From NCBI GenBank assembly GCA_012295275.1, contig CM022672.1:13640001-13704000 (forward strand): DNA of 64,000 nt, in the 5' to 3' direction. A model generated the notes under the pieces. It did not search any database. It was not told the origin of the DNA and saw nothing but the letters and a program-made list of their open reading frames with translations. Made by a program: the position numbers and the translations under genes. Shown here piece by piece: positions 1-13,997 of this stretch (the stretch's first letter is position 1; each line of letters starts with the position of its first letter). The DNA is from Chrysomallon squamiferum. Taxonomy: Eukaryota; Animalia; Mollusca.

Positions 1-939
1 ACACTGGGCACAGTGACCAAATACTTGAGAAAATGGTTTATTTATTACCTTTGAAAATGTAAACAAGAACTGATTACTGATTAATGGGGCACCTGTACAG
101 GTACAAATAGGAATGAGGATGTAAGTGATATGTGACCAACATCCAGAAAGAATAACAACTGTCACAAAACTGCCATTTAACTGCTAAGCCAATAATCTGA
201 GTATGCCACACACACTGAGAAATTCTACAAATGACTGGAAACACTTATTATGTGTATATCTTTGTGTGTGCATATTAAGTGCTGACAGACAGATCAGTAA
301 TGAAAACGTATAAAAGACAAAAAATGTTAATTAAGATTGATTTGTAATAAATAATCAAAATAAGTCTGGTAAAACATTTGTAGATTCGAGTTCACAGGCT
401 TGTTAATATATATTATTCCAAGATATGTGTAATTTCAAATATATGTATTTTAATAATTTTTTAATACATTATTTTAATATGTAATAATGTGAATTTTACT
501 CTATACAAACCAATATGCTGTAAACTGACATCATATTGTAAGACAGTTTATCTCATTCTATATAGCCGAGATATACTAACACAAATTACTTTCTACAGAG
601 CTGAGTCTACCTAATATATACAGAGTTTAACACACAAAAATTGTCTAGAACAAACCAAGCCTTATTTCTAGTGCCCACATGCAGACAAGAAGACCCAAAG
701 TATGGCAGCAGGGAGTAATTACACTATGGTCTCCAAGGAAACCAGATCCCATAACTGAAATCAAAGACGATGGTGGGGGGAAGCAGAGATTCTTTACACT
801 TGACTGAACATCTTTGTATTTCCAGCAGGCAGTCATTCATTTAGTCAGTGGCTTGGTTTCCCCTTGGTGAAACAATTAAACACCTGTATGACAGAATGCA
901 GATCTCATCACAGCAGTATCGCATAGCAGGCGCAAAGTA

Positions 940-2260
940 CTGGAGTTTGTATTACAGTGTACTAATTGTTCAACGGTCCACACTGAATGAAATACGATGA
1001 AAGCATCATGTACCACAATGTCTTAAAATGTACTGCACAGTGGTAAGTAGGGTATGACGAAAGCACCAGGAAACACAATGTATTAATTTCAGTATGAGGT
1101 GGAGGAGAAAAATGGTATTTGATGACATCACTGTGAATCAGTGAATATTAAAGATTACAGGTATTTTGAAATCAGTATCATATACAGATTTTAATGATAT
1201 CTTGTAATGCACCTTTTTTTATTTACAAAGTACTAATGAGATTACAGCAAAAACTGGAAGTTATTTAATGAAAGCACAGAAAACTCAGAGTTCTTAGTAT
1301 AAATATATTTTAATGAAAATCCAAGAACCACATTGAAATACAGTGTGTTTGTTGTATTAGTCATTTGAAGAATATAATCTGACAAGGGTATAGTATACCA
1401 ATGAATCAAAATATTATATAGTACTATGGTTGAATAGAATCTGAGTACCACAAAATATTACAATGTACTAACTGTACTTCACCAACTTGGAAAAAAATGT
1501 CCTGCAAGCATGGACAAATGCATGTATTACAATGTACAGCTTATACAATAAGTGTAAATACTGCCTGGAATTTGATGCAAACATCAAATACCACTGTTTT
1601 ACAATGTACCAGTTGTTATTACAATAAATGGTAAAATGTGTTGCGAGTATCACAATATGTTACAATGTTTTCACATTAATTTTAGAACTAAATAGTTTCC
1701 TCAGAATAGTACTAGCGCTGGCTTGTGTGTGACGCAATGAGTCCAGTGTATTACAATGCATTAATTGTACAACTGTCAGTAGTGAATGGAATTTGATGCA
1801 AACATCTAATACTACTTTGTTTTACAATGTATCAGTTGTATTACAGTCAACAGAAATAAACTTAATGTGACGACCGTGTATCATCATGTATTTGTATTAC
1901 TAATATTAGAACAAAATGCATTTCTGAAATTCCCAAGGCTAAGACCATATGATATTGAATATACAGATTTTGGTATTAAACAATTTGATTCATTGCTTTT
2001 GTTTTACAATGTGTAATTCTATTATATTTATAGGCAAAAGTAAATTGATTTGGTTACAATTACAGTGTATTACAATATGTATTACAACATACTACGTTAC
2101 TACTCTATATACTATCTACATTCATCACTGCCCCATATATGTGACAGAGTTCTGTTCTATGATGCAATCACTGTGTATTACAATGTACTACTGACATTAC
2201 TACTGAATGGAATTTGATGATTCAGCAGTGTCAGTTGTATATACGATTCAATTGACAAAT
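940..2260. repeat. Highly degenerate tandem array in laminin intron 1
   Basis: Recurrent motifs ttacaatgta(c/t) and tgaatggaatttgatg(caaacatc) at about 985, 1566, 1783 and 2203. Confidence 0.55.
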
Positions 2261-2739
2261 GCAGTCTAATAAAAACAAAATTTTTTTTTTTTAAAAATCG
2301 TTAGTTTCAGCTGCACAGAACCACTTCAAAATACAAAATGCTGTAATTCCAAAGATATATCCATTCAGTTTATGAAAATATAATTAAGTAAAATCAACTG
2401 AATTGTTATTATTTATGATTACATCTAGAACATGTTATAGTAAACTACATTACCAGATAAATTAAATCAAAATATATATATATATATATATATATTATAT
2501 GGTTATGAATATACAGAAAGAAAAATTTTTAGCACTGTTTTTAATGATATATTAAAATCAGACTACAGTCAATTATATTTCTTTGTTTTGGTTTGTTTTT
2601 GACATCACATAAACTAAATTGATGTTAAGTTAAAAAATTCTTCAGGCAATGTTTATCACATTATACAAATACTTCATAAAGAGGGTGGGGTAGCCAGCAA
2701 AAATAATCCTGTGCACTTTTATTAGGTATTTTAAAATTA

Positions 2740-2774
<35 letters not shown>

Positions 2775-3302
2775 TTCCTTTTAAATTCTTAGGAATGTTA
2801 AAAGCCACACATAAACATTGCCTTAAGCAGCAATCTTGACAGTTAACTAATAAATAAAATTTATCAATGACAATCTGCGTTATTAGGTAAGCTACGGTAT
2901 AATGTAACATTTATTAAGAGGTACAGACTAATTCAACCACAAAAACAGACCATCACAATTATGTAATAAATAAAATTATCAGATCCAGCCAAACATTATG
3001 GAAGATTATGACTTTAAAGTTTGTAAGTGGAAAACAACAACAACAAATTAAATATAAATAAGTAATTTTTTTTTTTAAATATTAATTAAAACAACCACAA
3101 ACAAAGAATTAATTAAATAAGTAGTTTTTAAAAATATGAATCTATATTATATAAATTATATGCACTATTTGTTAAAAAGCAACAATGAATTAAATTATTG
3201 ACAAAGAAGCCATCACAATAAAAAAAAAAAAAAAAAAATACTGTAGCCCATATGTAAGTAATTGTGGAAATGTAAAATCTGAATTGTCTATCACCAATAA
3301 AA

Positions 3303-3338
<36 letters not shown>

Positions 3339-6300
3339 ACCCTAATCTAAACAAGATCTGTAAAAGAGTTATGAATTAAAAATCAACCATAAGCAGAGAC
3401 CATCACAATTATCTAACAAAACAGAACTGCCTGAACTTCTGGGTGGCAGCAACTTCAATAAACAAGTTACCAGGTGTGAAAGAGAAATATCCAGGTAAGA
3501 TGGGTGCACTGTGACGAGTTTACTGCGGCATTGTGTGTCTTGCCACAGTGCTGATTCCTGTCGCTCTCCATTAACGTCAATGACCCATCCACTCATTCAC
3601 CTGAGACAAACCTACTGAAGTGTAACCAAGTCTTTTACCTTTCAAGTACTTCGACAACAATGGTCCAAACAAAGACACAGTGCTTTAACCTTGTGTGTGA
3701 GTGTGTGTGTGAGTATGTGTGTGCTTTGTCTCTCTTAACTTTCTGTCTTAATGGTGTTGTTGCATAGGGACATGTATAAAATGTAATAACTACGAAGGTT
3801 CTCTAATTAATTCTTTGAGGGACTGGTTTAAACTTTTAAAATGAGTGGCCAGTTTCTTGCAGTTTCAACATTGTTTATATGGGGTGAGAATGGAATTAAT
3901 TAATATACTTTTGAAAACACATTTATGTATTTTCATGGTAATTACACACATACATGTGTACTTCATTTACATGTGTACTTCATTTACAGGAGAGAAAATT
4001 ATGTGAATACAAATATAAACATGGGTTACTCTAGGTGGTTAGCAAGAACCAACCCTTTATATACAACATATTACAAACAGAAAATTAAATAAAAATACTA
4101 TAGCTTTTTAATAAACTGGCTGGGACTATAAGTTAAGCTGTGTTGTTTAGATCATAAAATCTGTTTCTGTTGATAAATGTAAAAATTACTGTGCTAAAAT
4201 TTAAGAATAATGAAAGTAAATTAAAGATTCATTTATGAACACTTAGTTATGTCGTGATGCATCTTGTACATTAAACATATTTTGAGTAATATTTGTCAGT
4301 CTCCTGTCCTAAGGATTTTTCTGCCATCTGGTTGTTTTACAAATATAAGATTGGTTATTCCCTGGTTGTTTTTTAATGTGTGTTAAAAAGGATAAAAGAA
4401 GGCTTATCTTTACACTCCAGTTATTTTATTCCATTCACAGTAATATTAAAATAGTCTCCATCAAGTTGCATTATGCGTTTTCTTACACACATGAAATATT
4501 TTAGAAACATTTACTGTATATTGGTAGAACCTAAAACTGCTTGAATGTTAGTTATTTACTACTTCTATGTGATATATTAGTAAATTCATGGATTTAAAAT
4601 TAAAATAAAATTTTAAATAAATAAATAAATTCTGAAAGTAAAGGCATTTACAAAAACAAATAATGGATCACAAAACAGAAGTTACGTTTGAGAGGCAATA
4701 ATCTATTTCTGAATACAGAAAATGGCTTTTTCTTTCTTTCTTTCTGTTTCCTCTGCCTCATTATTCATCAGTTTAAAACTGCTGCACTCTACAGCAGCCA
4801 ACTGTAACAGCAAAGTTACGTAATTTGTTACTGCCTATCTGGCTCAGAATGATGGTGCAGACAGGCTGAAGAACACGCTAACACCGCGATACTTCGACTA
4901 CAGGCTCCCAGGTTAGAACCTGATACAGTGTGGAAAACACTTAAACCAAGGAGGTCTTGAGAACTGCAGGAAACGCATACAGAAGTGGAAACTGGCTTCC
5001 TGTAACAGTGCAGGCTAACTGGTACACACACTGGAAGCTTCCAAACAGAAGGTGTATAATTTATCTTGTGGGTAAAAAAAAAAAAAATTATTAACAAAAA
5101 AATGGAGAAGTCGGGTTTTAGTTAGATAGAGCTCTTGATAATGAATGGAAGATGAATTAAAGCTTTGTTTGCAAATAGTTGTTGTTATCATTGGTTTAAG
5201 GTTCAGGTTAATTTTTTTTTTTTTTTTTATTTTGTTGAGTTTGTTTATAAATAGATTGGTAATCGTTGCTAAGATTTAGTTTATATTCTGATTAATTTAT
5301 CTAGATTTCATTTGTAGATAATTTAAGTTTAGGTTCAAGGTAACTTTAAGTATTTTGTTTAAAAGCAGTTTGATGGGGTTTTTTTTATCACTGTTTATAG
5401 TATAGAATCAGATTAGCATTTTGTTTATATATAACTGCAGTTTATCATTAGTGTCAGCCTAGTTCAGGTTAGTTTTTAAAATCCTCTGAAAATGTATCAA
5501 CTTTACATACATTGTTTGTAATAAAATTATATATTTAATACATTACAGATCTACTCTATATGACAATATATTATGTATAGCAAAATTAAATAAAATAACA
5601 GCGTAATGATTTTTTTATAATGAATAATGCATTAATATGTATGACAAAATTATGTAATGATTTTTTTTAAATCTGTAATTTATTAATACATATGACAAAA
5701 TTATGTAAAATCTTGTGATAATGTAATGGTTTTTTAATTTTATTTTTATATATCAATAACATATTAATATATACAACAAAATTATATAAAACCGTTTAAA
5801 TATATAATGATTACAACAAACTGAACTCATTAAATCACAGATTTTAAAACAACACTATCCAATTTCAGAGTGACTGGTACTATAAAATTAATAATGAAGC
5901 TTAAGGTCTGAAGGTCAGGATGTAATCTCAGAAATTCTGATAAAAACTGGTCTTTGTACATTGTGTGTTGACTGCAGTAATCTTTCACAATTTATATTAG
6001 ACAAACAGCTGTCTTAAGTATTTAAACTGGTCTTACATAACCTGATACTGATTCACTGTGTGAAATATTTAAAAACAAGCACAGTACGAAACAATGCAGC
6101 TGCCTTAGAATTTTTGTTAGTCAGTATTAGAGGTTGTGCCCAAGACTGGCATGCTTTGATCAGTTATTTTCAAAAAAATTAATTATTACCACTGATTGTT
6201 AATTTAGGATGGTTAGATGTGAAAATATATTTGTAATTTTGTGGTTGTAAAAGTTAAAAGCATGTCCATGATCCAAAGACATGTATGACAATGTAATCTA

Positions 6301-7166
6301 TTAAAAAAAGAAAAGATTATTTTATGATTCGTTCTGAACAAAATGCTTATTTTTATTAAACATTATAATTGTGATTCATTCTGAATTAAATGCTTATGTT
6401 TATATTTATAAAATAAAAAAATTAAAAAAAACAACAATCGGTTATCCATTCTGTCATAAATATGATTTGTAAAATCCCTTTTTCTGTAGGGGGGAAACAG
6501 ACCCAGAATAAAAGTGTGTTTTTTGTTTGTTCATTTGTTTTATTATTATTATTATTGTTGTTGGATGTGATTCATATATTTAAAAATTTATGATTTATAG
6601 TTAGCAAAATTCCAGAAATATTTCATAAACTATAAAATAAATAAATAAATAAATAAAAATACAAAAACTAAAAGAGGAAAGGAAAAGGAAAAGAAATATT
6701 ATATTATTACATACTGTTAAACATTCAACTTGCAGTCATTAAATATTTTATTACTGATTAATGACACCAAACCATAGAATATCAATACAAAATCCATGAA
6801 TCACTGAAAGGTCTAGACTCCACTGTGTCTATGTTTATATGCTCATAAAAGATTTAAAGCCAAAAGTGTATGTATGAATATATGCCAAAAGAAAAAGACA
6901 GAAAAAAGTCTGCTATATATGTTTTAATAAAATAAAATAAAAAATTTGTTTTAAAGTGGACTGTTACTTTCAATCAATCAATATAATACTAGTGAATCGT
7001 CTCCCCGTCTGTTCCATCATACTGGATCCGCCCTAACTTCGGTAAATTCCGATGACTCGACTAAACATTTAATGTCGATGCCAATTACTCTCAAATCAAA
7101 TGGTCAATCCATACAAAGAGTACTAAAAAAAAATACAGAAAAATAAAAAAAAAAAAAAATACTTAC

Positions 7167-7566
7167 ACAGATGCAGAGTCAAATTAACTTGAGTCGGGTA
7201 GAAAATCCCTTCCAGCATCGTCTCCGACTGCCACCAGGTCCAGTTGTAGTTGTTGTTGAAGTCGGTCATGAAATCCGGGGGGTGCCGGCGCAACGGGTCG
7301 CGGTCGTCGCACACGTAGCAGGACTTGGTGACTCCCGTGGCGCCGCTGTGGCCCGTCTGGAGACAATACTCCGTGCTCTCGCTGAGGCCACAAGTGTTCG
7401 TCGCCTCCACTGGCAGGCCGAAAGCGGCGTTGACGAATTCGGGCATACACCTCTGAGCGCGACCCGTCCGATCGTAACAACTGTTGCTACCCCCAGGCGG
7501 TACCTGTTGGGCGGAGCTGCCTTCAATGAAAAGTCCTACGCTGGCGATTAAAGCTAAAAACATCAT
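7167..7566 (-). CDS. LAMC1: Laminin subunit gamma-1, first coding exon (signal peptide and start of laminin N-terminal domain); gene continues beyond the left edge
   Basis: Translation [21 protein letters not shown]...[14 protein letters not shown]...ATNTCG...EYCLQTG...VTKSC..CD...[19 protein letters not shown] closely follows laminin gamma-1 as I recall it ([26 protein letters not shown]). Donor GTAAGT at 7166-7161 (phase 1). No further exon recognised in 1-7160, which is therefore read as intron 1. An upstream in-frame ATG exists at 7644; 7566 is preferred because it directly precedes the hydrophobic signal. Confidence 0.93.
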
Positions 7567-7654
7567 CGTTCCTTTTGATATTCCATGCGAACAAGTCCTA
7601 AAACTTTCTGCACACAGCAGCACCCGCAGTCGTACAACCGCCATACCACTGTCT

Positions 7655-7695
7655 TAGCCTGATTGGCGAAGTGCATTGTGGGAGGCGGAGTGAAG
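7655..7695 (-). promoter_or_regulatory. Proximal promoter of laminin gamma-1 (CCAAT box and GC box)
   Basis: GATTGGC (CCAAT on the minus strand) at about 7661-7667 and GGGAGGCGGAG at about 7680-7690, just upstream of the CpG-rich first exon. Confidence 0.5.
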
Positions 7696-7873
7696 TTCTG
7701 CTGAGTGCGCTGTAACAAGGATTACCGTAAAGTCGGCAAAAAAAAGACGGCCGGCGAGTTTATTTACAAGTCGATTATCCCTTATCGAAACACCCCGGGG
7801 ACAGATCCCGGAGTTTATGTGTTACAAGATAATTAAATATCTTTATAACGTATTAAGATAAGTTAAATGCATG

Positions 7874-8028
7874 TGCAAAATTACACAAGTGATGTTTTAC
7901 GCCCAGAAAGCCCGTTTTTCGAATATTTTTAATGGATTTTTATGACATTATTAAGTCAAACACATAATTATGCAAAATTACACAAGCAGTGTTTTTTTAC
8001 GCTCAGAAAGCCTGTTTTCGAATATTTT
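7874..8028. repeat. Imperfect direct duplication of about 56 bp
   Basis: tgcaaaattacacaag...ttttacgc(c/t)cagaaagcc..ttttcgaatatttt occurs at about 7874-7929 and 7971-8028. Confidence 0.8.
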
Positions 8029-8327
8029 GAACTGATTAACGAGAGAGTATATAAATAGGCACAAAATTTTTTCTAGCAGATACACATATTTTGTATGATT
8101 TATTATTGTCCCTTCTCTGTACTTGAAAAAATATATATGCTCTTGTCATAGCTCCTAACAAGAAAACGCTTCTTTTCTCTGAAAAAAATAAATAAATAAA
8201 AAGGAGCACAAAGATACTTATTTATTAGTTGATTAGGTGCTGTAATAAAAACGTGAAAACAATAAAATTGTGATCGATAAAGAGAATGGCTTATTTTAAG
8301 CTATGAAAACAAACTGTATTATTATTA

Positions 8328-8373
<46 letters not shown>

Positions 8374-9549
8374 TATTATGATTATTATTATTATTATTTT
8401 TTAAATATTTTGTAATAATATTCGGAGCACATATAATTCAGTTGTTTACAGGTAAAAACTTAGAGATTATACACAAACGGAGGTACAAACAGACACAAAA
8501 AAAACCCACATTCATAGTCATTTTTCACATATTAAGTTATTTTTAAAAAAATAATTAAATAATCTGTTGATCGGATTCTCCATTTGCAAAGTTCCTATAT
8601 AACAAACAAAACTACGTATACCTTAAACATTCCATGAATAATAAATTAAACAAAAACAAAAAAAAACAAAAAAGCTATAAAAAAAAAAAAAAAAAATGAC
8701 ACAAAAAAAATATTACACTTAAGGTATTAACCTAAAATAGCTGAAACTGAAACAAAGCAAACATTGCGACATTAAAAAAAAAAAAAAAACGCCCACCCAC
8801 GCATGCCGCACTGTTTTAACATTTTTGTTTGTGCTGCGCCGACAAATCTGCAGCAGCACGCTTCTGTGTTTGTTTTTAGAAATAAAGTCAACTCTGATAA
8901 TTACAAGTCAACTGTACAGGCTCAAACCGCCATTTTATAATGACCGATAACTATGCATTCTACATGTTACAACGCCCACTGATTCATTAACATTTCTGGT
9001 TTGATGACGTATACGTATATATATATATATTTTGTATGGGATAACAGTTGTTTCTTTAATATAATCAACCAATCAAAGAAGGCGGGATGGGGATCGTTTG
9101 TTCTTTTTTGTTTTTTGTTTGTTTTTTGTTTTTGTTTTTGTTTTTTTTTTTTGTTTTGTTTTGTTTTGTATTTTTTCCCTTACGTGTCCTTTTTTAATTT
9201 TATTTATATAATAATAATAAAAATAATAACAACAGCAACAACAACAACAATTATTGTTTATTTACATAAGTTTTAAGTGTTTGTATGACTCAACAGTTTT
9301 CGTATTTGTTTGGGTTTTCGTACCTTTTTTTAAAAAATTTTTTTTTTATTATTTAACTTACAGGTCTAATATTTGTCCGTTATTCATCTTCGATTAAATG
9401 AACATTACTTCCAGAGGCATAGTTCACATCTTGAACCATTCACTGAAATTTGTTTCACACATTTTATTTCAGTTGTTGTATACTACTTCACGCCTCCACC
9501 CCAGAATAGCTTTTTGATAATGAATGTAAATGACTGTCCTATTCCAAGC

Positions 9550-9656
9550 GTAGACGTCACGTGATGTCTAGGTTGAATGAACCAAACATGTGATATTACG
9601 TCAGTAGACGTCTGCGGTCAATAGTGAACGTATAGAATACCAACACTCAGGTGAGA
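9550..9656 (+). promoter_or_regulatory. Putative VAMP4 promoter and non-coding first exon
   Basis: CpG-containing cluster GACGTCACGTGAT (overlapping CRE-like and E-box, 9553-9565) and TTACGTCA (about 9596-9603), followed by a strong donor CAG|GTGAGA at 9650/9651. No transcript evidence. Confidence 0.45.
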
Positions 9657-12486
9657 GAAAAAAAAAACAACTGAAAACTGAAAAAAAAAAAAAAAAAAAA
9701 AAAGCAAAACAAAATAGGGATAAGAAGGGAAAAAAGGTGTTTTCATTTATTGATTTCATCGTGTTTTTGGCTTAAATAAAGAAAGAAAAAAAAAGAAAGA
9801 AAGAAAGAAAAAAGAACAACATTTAGATTCTGTTTAAAAAAAAAGAAGTGATTAAGACATGTTAACCAGGTCCGACACAGGAAACTTAAAAATTATTAAT
9901 ACTGTCTTGTATATGTCTTCTACGGACGAAGGCGCGGGTATTGTGAATGATTCTGGACTAACAAGAGATTAACAGTACACATACACAGCTACTGTAATAG
10001 TTTATAATAAATTATTATATAACTGAAAAATAGAACATTAAAATTAAAACTTAAAGAACAGACAGAGAAGAGATATTGTGATAAACACAATCATGTATGC
10101 GCCTTCCAGAAAATCGAAATTACAACAACAATAAATAAAATAAAATAAAATAAAATAAATAAATAAATAATAAGACGGGCTGTATAAGTATATAATAAAC
10201 TGTAAATGTTGTAACTAATTTTAATCTGAAAAAAAAATCCGGAAAATCCAGAAATCTGGGACGCGTCCGGTCCCAAATTTTTTTCGCTATCTGTTCATTA
10301 ATTTGCAAGGTTTCAAAAGTTATTTCCCTTTATTATTCTTCGTAACGTTTAGCGATAGGCCTGCCTTGCACTTTGCTGTATTGATATAAATTAATTAATT
10401 GTGTAATTTGCTAACCGTATGATTTGTTTTCAATAGACAGAAAACAGGCTTCGGCTGTTGGTGTATTAGTTCTGAAGTATATACATGATCAGAACCTAGA
10501 TAAATTCAGGAGAGCATTTATAGAGTTCAAAAAATAAAAAAAAAATAAAAAAAAATGTAATTAACGAAAAAAGATCACAACAACAACAAAAGAAAAAGTA
10601 TTAAATAAATAAATAATGTAATAACAACAGAAGCACAATAATAATAATTATAATTATAATAAAAACAACAATAGCAATAACAACAACAACAATAATAAAA
10701 ATGAAAAATGCATAATTGTGGAATGCTTACATGTTATTCAGTTAATTTAAATATAAGTATATTTCATTCGTTTTAAAATAAATATTTGTTTAAACACAAA
10801 TTTAATTATGTATTTTTTCGTTACTAAAACTAACGTTCTGCTATAAATGTAGCTAAGCCAGAACGATGAATTTAAAAACGCCATATGTTAAATTTATTAG
10901 AAATTTATTCCCAGCCACTTATTCCTCATGGAATAATAATCAAAATCAGCGATTGTGTTCAAGTACAAAAGCCAAGAGATTTAACTCTTACTATATTCGT
11001 CATAATTTTGAAGATTTGAAAATATTTGAATTATTATACATTTCATGAAATAGTGCATGCATGTAATAACTATCTTTTAAAATGACCTTCATACAGAGAC
11101 AGACATCGGTGCAAAACTCTTTAAAAAAAATGATCGGCTATCCCAGAATTTTATCTCAGGTTTCTAGCTGCGAAGAACAACATATGGAAGCAATTAGTAC
11201 CTGTGGCTTAAGATGCAATTAAAATGGAGGGTATCACGGAACCGTATGGTCAAAATCACTGAGTTCATGGGAGAAAACTAACATCTACTATAATATATTA
11301 TTATTTGTTGAAAATCGCCCAAAAATGGCAAAGACAGAAGTGTGTCTTAACATAGGCAAGCTTTGAAGATGAAATCCTGCTTAAAATCATCCACATCTAC
11401 GAAACACGTTAACTTATGATGTTGTATTATTTATTTGCTGAAATCCACACCCCTGTCCATTATTCAGCCTTTAACGATTAATTGTGTTATAGTATACACT
11501 ACAACTGCTATGCTTTCAGTTTTATCTGAAATATCCGTTAATCGTTGAGAAGATAATTATAAATAAATGTATTTATTTCATTTTTATTTTTTATTATTAT
11601 TTTTTTTTTTTTCCACTCTCAGACGAGCACTAATAAGAAATGTTAAACTATTTGAAACGGTTATCATTAGATCTGTTTTGTTTCGCTTGTTCTATCACTG
11701 ACGAATTTCATTATCTGAACTGCATAATTATTTTTTGTTCAAAATTTGTTTATTTATTTCTTTGTTATTTTAGTATTATTGAACACATCGATTTTTGAAA
11801 TTAGGCGCTGAGTAAGTATTTTCTAATAAACTGTAGTCAATTTATTGAATAAAAGCATTTTATAAATAAAACTAATTTCTCTCTAAAACAAAACGTTTCA
11901 GCATTTAGAATAATTATTTACGACAACAACAACATATCGCTATGAAATCATACAAGGAAAAAAACCGAATATAAATAAAATCAAGGGGACATAGCTGTAA
12001 ATAAAACACAGCAAATTACCTCCCTTGGTTACTCTTTATATTTTGAAACCAAAAAATAAATACTGTGTCACACGTTTCCGTGATTGGAAGTAAGCAGCTA
12101 GAAATTAAAGTTTAAACTGAAATGTCACTATAAAAAATGAATCTGCAAATATTTTATAGGTGATCGAATATGTATGGATATTCGAGATAAAAGCAGTGAC
12201 AGAACAGACATTTCGAATTGACGTGAATTACTTACTGAGTTTTTTCCTACTTGTGTTTATTCTTTTGGAGTTGGTTAATCATTCATTCATTGTTACCCAA
12301 AACACACGTTACACAGGCATTGATTATTATTATTTATATATACACAAATTCACGCTTACACACTCACGCGCGCATACACACACATGCACTCAAGGCTCTA
12401 ATTATTATTGGTTAATGAACTATTAACTCTTAACTCGGTTAACTGTATCAACAATCAGGCCAGTTTTGCTTTTTCATCATCATCTG

Positions 12487-12487
<1 letters not shown>

Positions 12488-12564
<77 letters not shown>
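12488..12564. repeat. (CT)n microsatellite
   Basis: Perfect CT run. Confidence 0.95.
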
Positions 12565-12566
<2 letters not shown>

Positions 12567-12824
12567 ATATACATAGCTTACACCTCAGTTAAAGTCACAA
12601 ATAAATTTGTTTTATAATTTTATATAAATTTTAGAATGATAACTGTTAATATAATTATAGTATTATTTGTTCCAGCTGTAGTTTAAGAATAACACTAAAT
12701 AGTATTTTATTTTAAAAAGTTTTCTAATGTATTTTATAATACATTTATATTTGATCTTTGTCACATGAAGCAGTAACTGACTGTACATAACAACAACAAC
12801 AACACAGACAGACAGACAGACAGA

Positions 12825-13128
12825 ATGCCTCCTAAGTTTGTTCGGATGCCAGAAAGTTCAGACTATGCAAGGTCTAGAGAGGCAGAAAGAGTAAGTTTCA
12901 ACATTTTAACATTTTTAATAACTGTATGAAGTAAAGATAGCTGATATTACTAAAGTAATGTATTTTTTTTCTTCAATGTATACCCATAATGTGCATATTT
13001 TATGATTTAATACTTGCAGTTAGTATGCATTAAATGTATATTATTTACTCAGAAACATATCATTAAAATATATTTATAGTAATGTAGAACTAGAACATTC
13101 CAGTTATCATCCTTTGTTCTTGTATGTT

Positions 13129-13179
<51 letters not shown>

Positions 13180-13958
13180 GCATACGTTTGTACGTGTGTA
13201 TGTATATATATGTATGTACTTATGTGTGTATGTCGGTATATATGTATGTATGTATGTTTGTATGTTTGTATGTATTTATCAATATTTAATATGTATGACT
13301 GTTTCTGCTTCTAGGTTGGACTGTTGGACGAACATGATTCTGATGAGGACTTCTTTCTCAGGTTAGATATTTGTATACTTTTGAACATTCCCCCATCCCA
13401 AAAAGAAAAGAAAAGATAAAGTTAAATTTTTATATATATATATATATATATACTAATGATACCAAAGTGTATAGTAGATTCCTGTTATGGATGCATTGTT
13501 TGAAAACACATACATATTTATTTGTATTTTAACTTCTTGTAATCTTCGACTGTATATAATGGTCACAGTAGACTGAGTGATATCAGAAATTCTGGTGTAA
13601 TCTATCATATTTTTATACTTTTTTATTATTCCAAAATATATTTAAATGAAATATGTTACACTTAATATAGAAATCCTATAAAGTATCTATATGTATGTAA
13701 AAAGAAATCTTTAAAAACCCCATTAATAAAACAAAATGTTAGTATATACATTTATTTTTTATTTTATAGAGGACCTTCAGTGAAACCTGGCAAACTGCGT
13801 ACAGACCCAAAACTTTCAAAGTGTGTATCAGTAGCAATTTAAAATGTTAATTTCTATTCTCCAAACTTTAATGGATTATATTTTTTTTTGCAATCATTTT
13901 TTATCTGGGATTCCATGTAGTGCAGTATATTTTTAGTTCTGTAAAGAAACACACACAT

Positions 13959-13997
<39 letters not shown>

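Noticed and set aside
100-160. HITYIL on the minus strand resembling the expected laminin exon 2 (DITYVRL)
   Set aside because: Flanking residues do not match and there is no suitable acceptor.
4828-5097. 89-aa ORF and locally higher-complexity sequence in laminin intron 1
   Set aside because: No laminin-like or other recognisable translation; could be an enhancer, but this cannot be supported from sequence alone.
7171-7551. Overlapping ORFs of 86-126 aa on both strands at laminin exon 1
   Set aside because: Shadows of a GC-rich coding exon; no independent signals.
7167-7566. Netrin as an alternative identity for the laminin N-terminal exon
   Set aside because: [21 protein letters not shown] and WWQSETML fit laminin gamma better than netrin.
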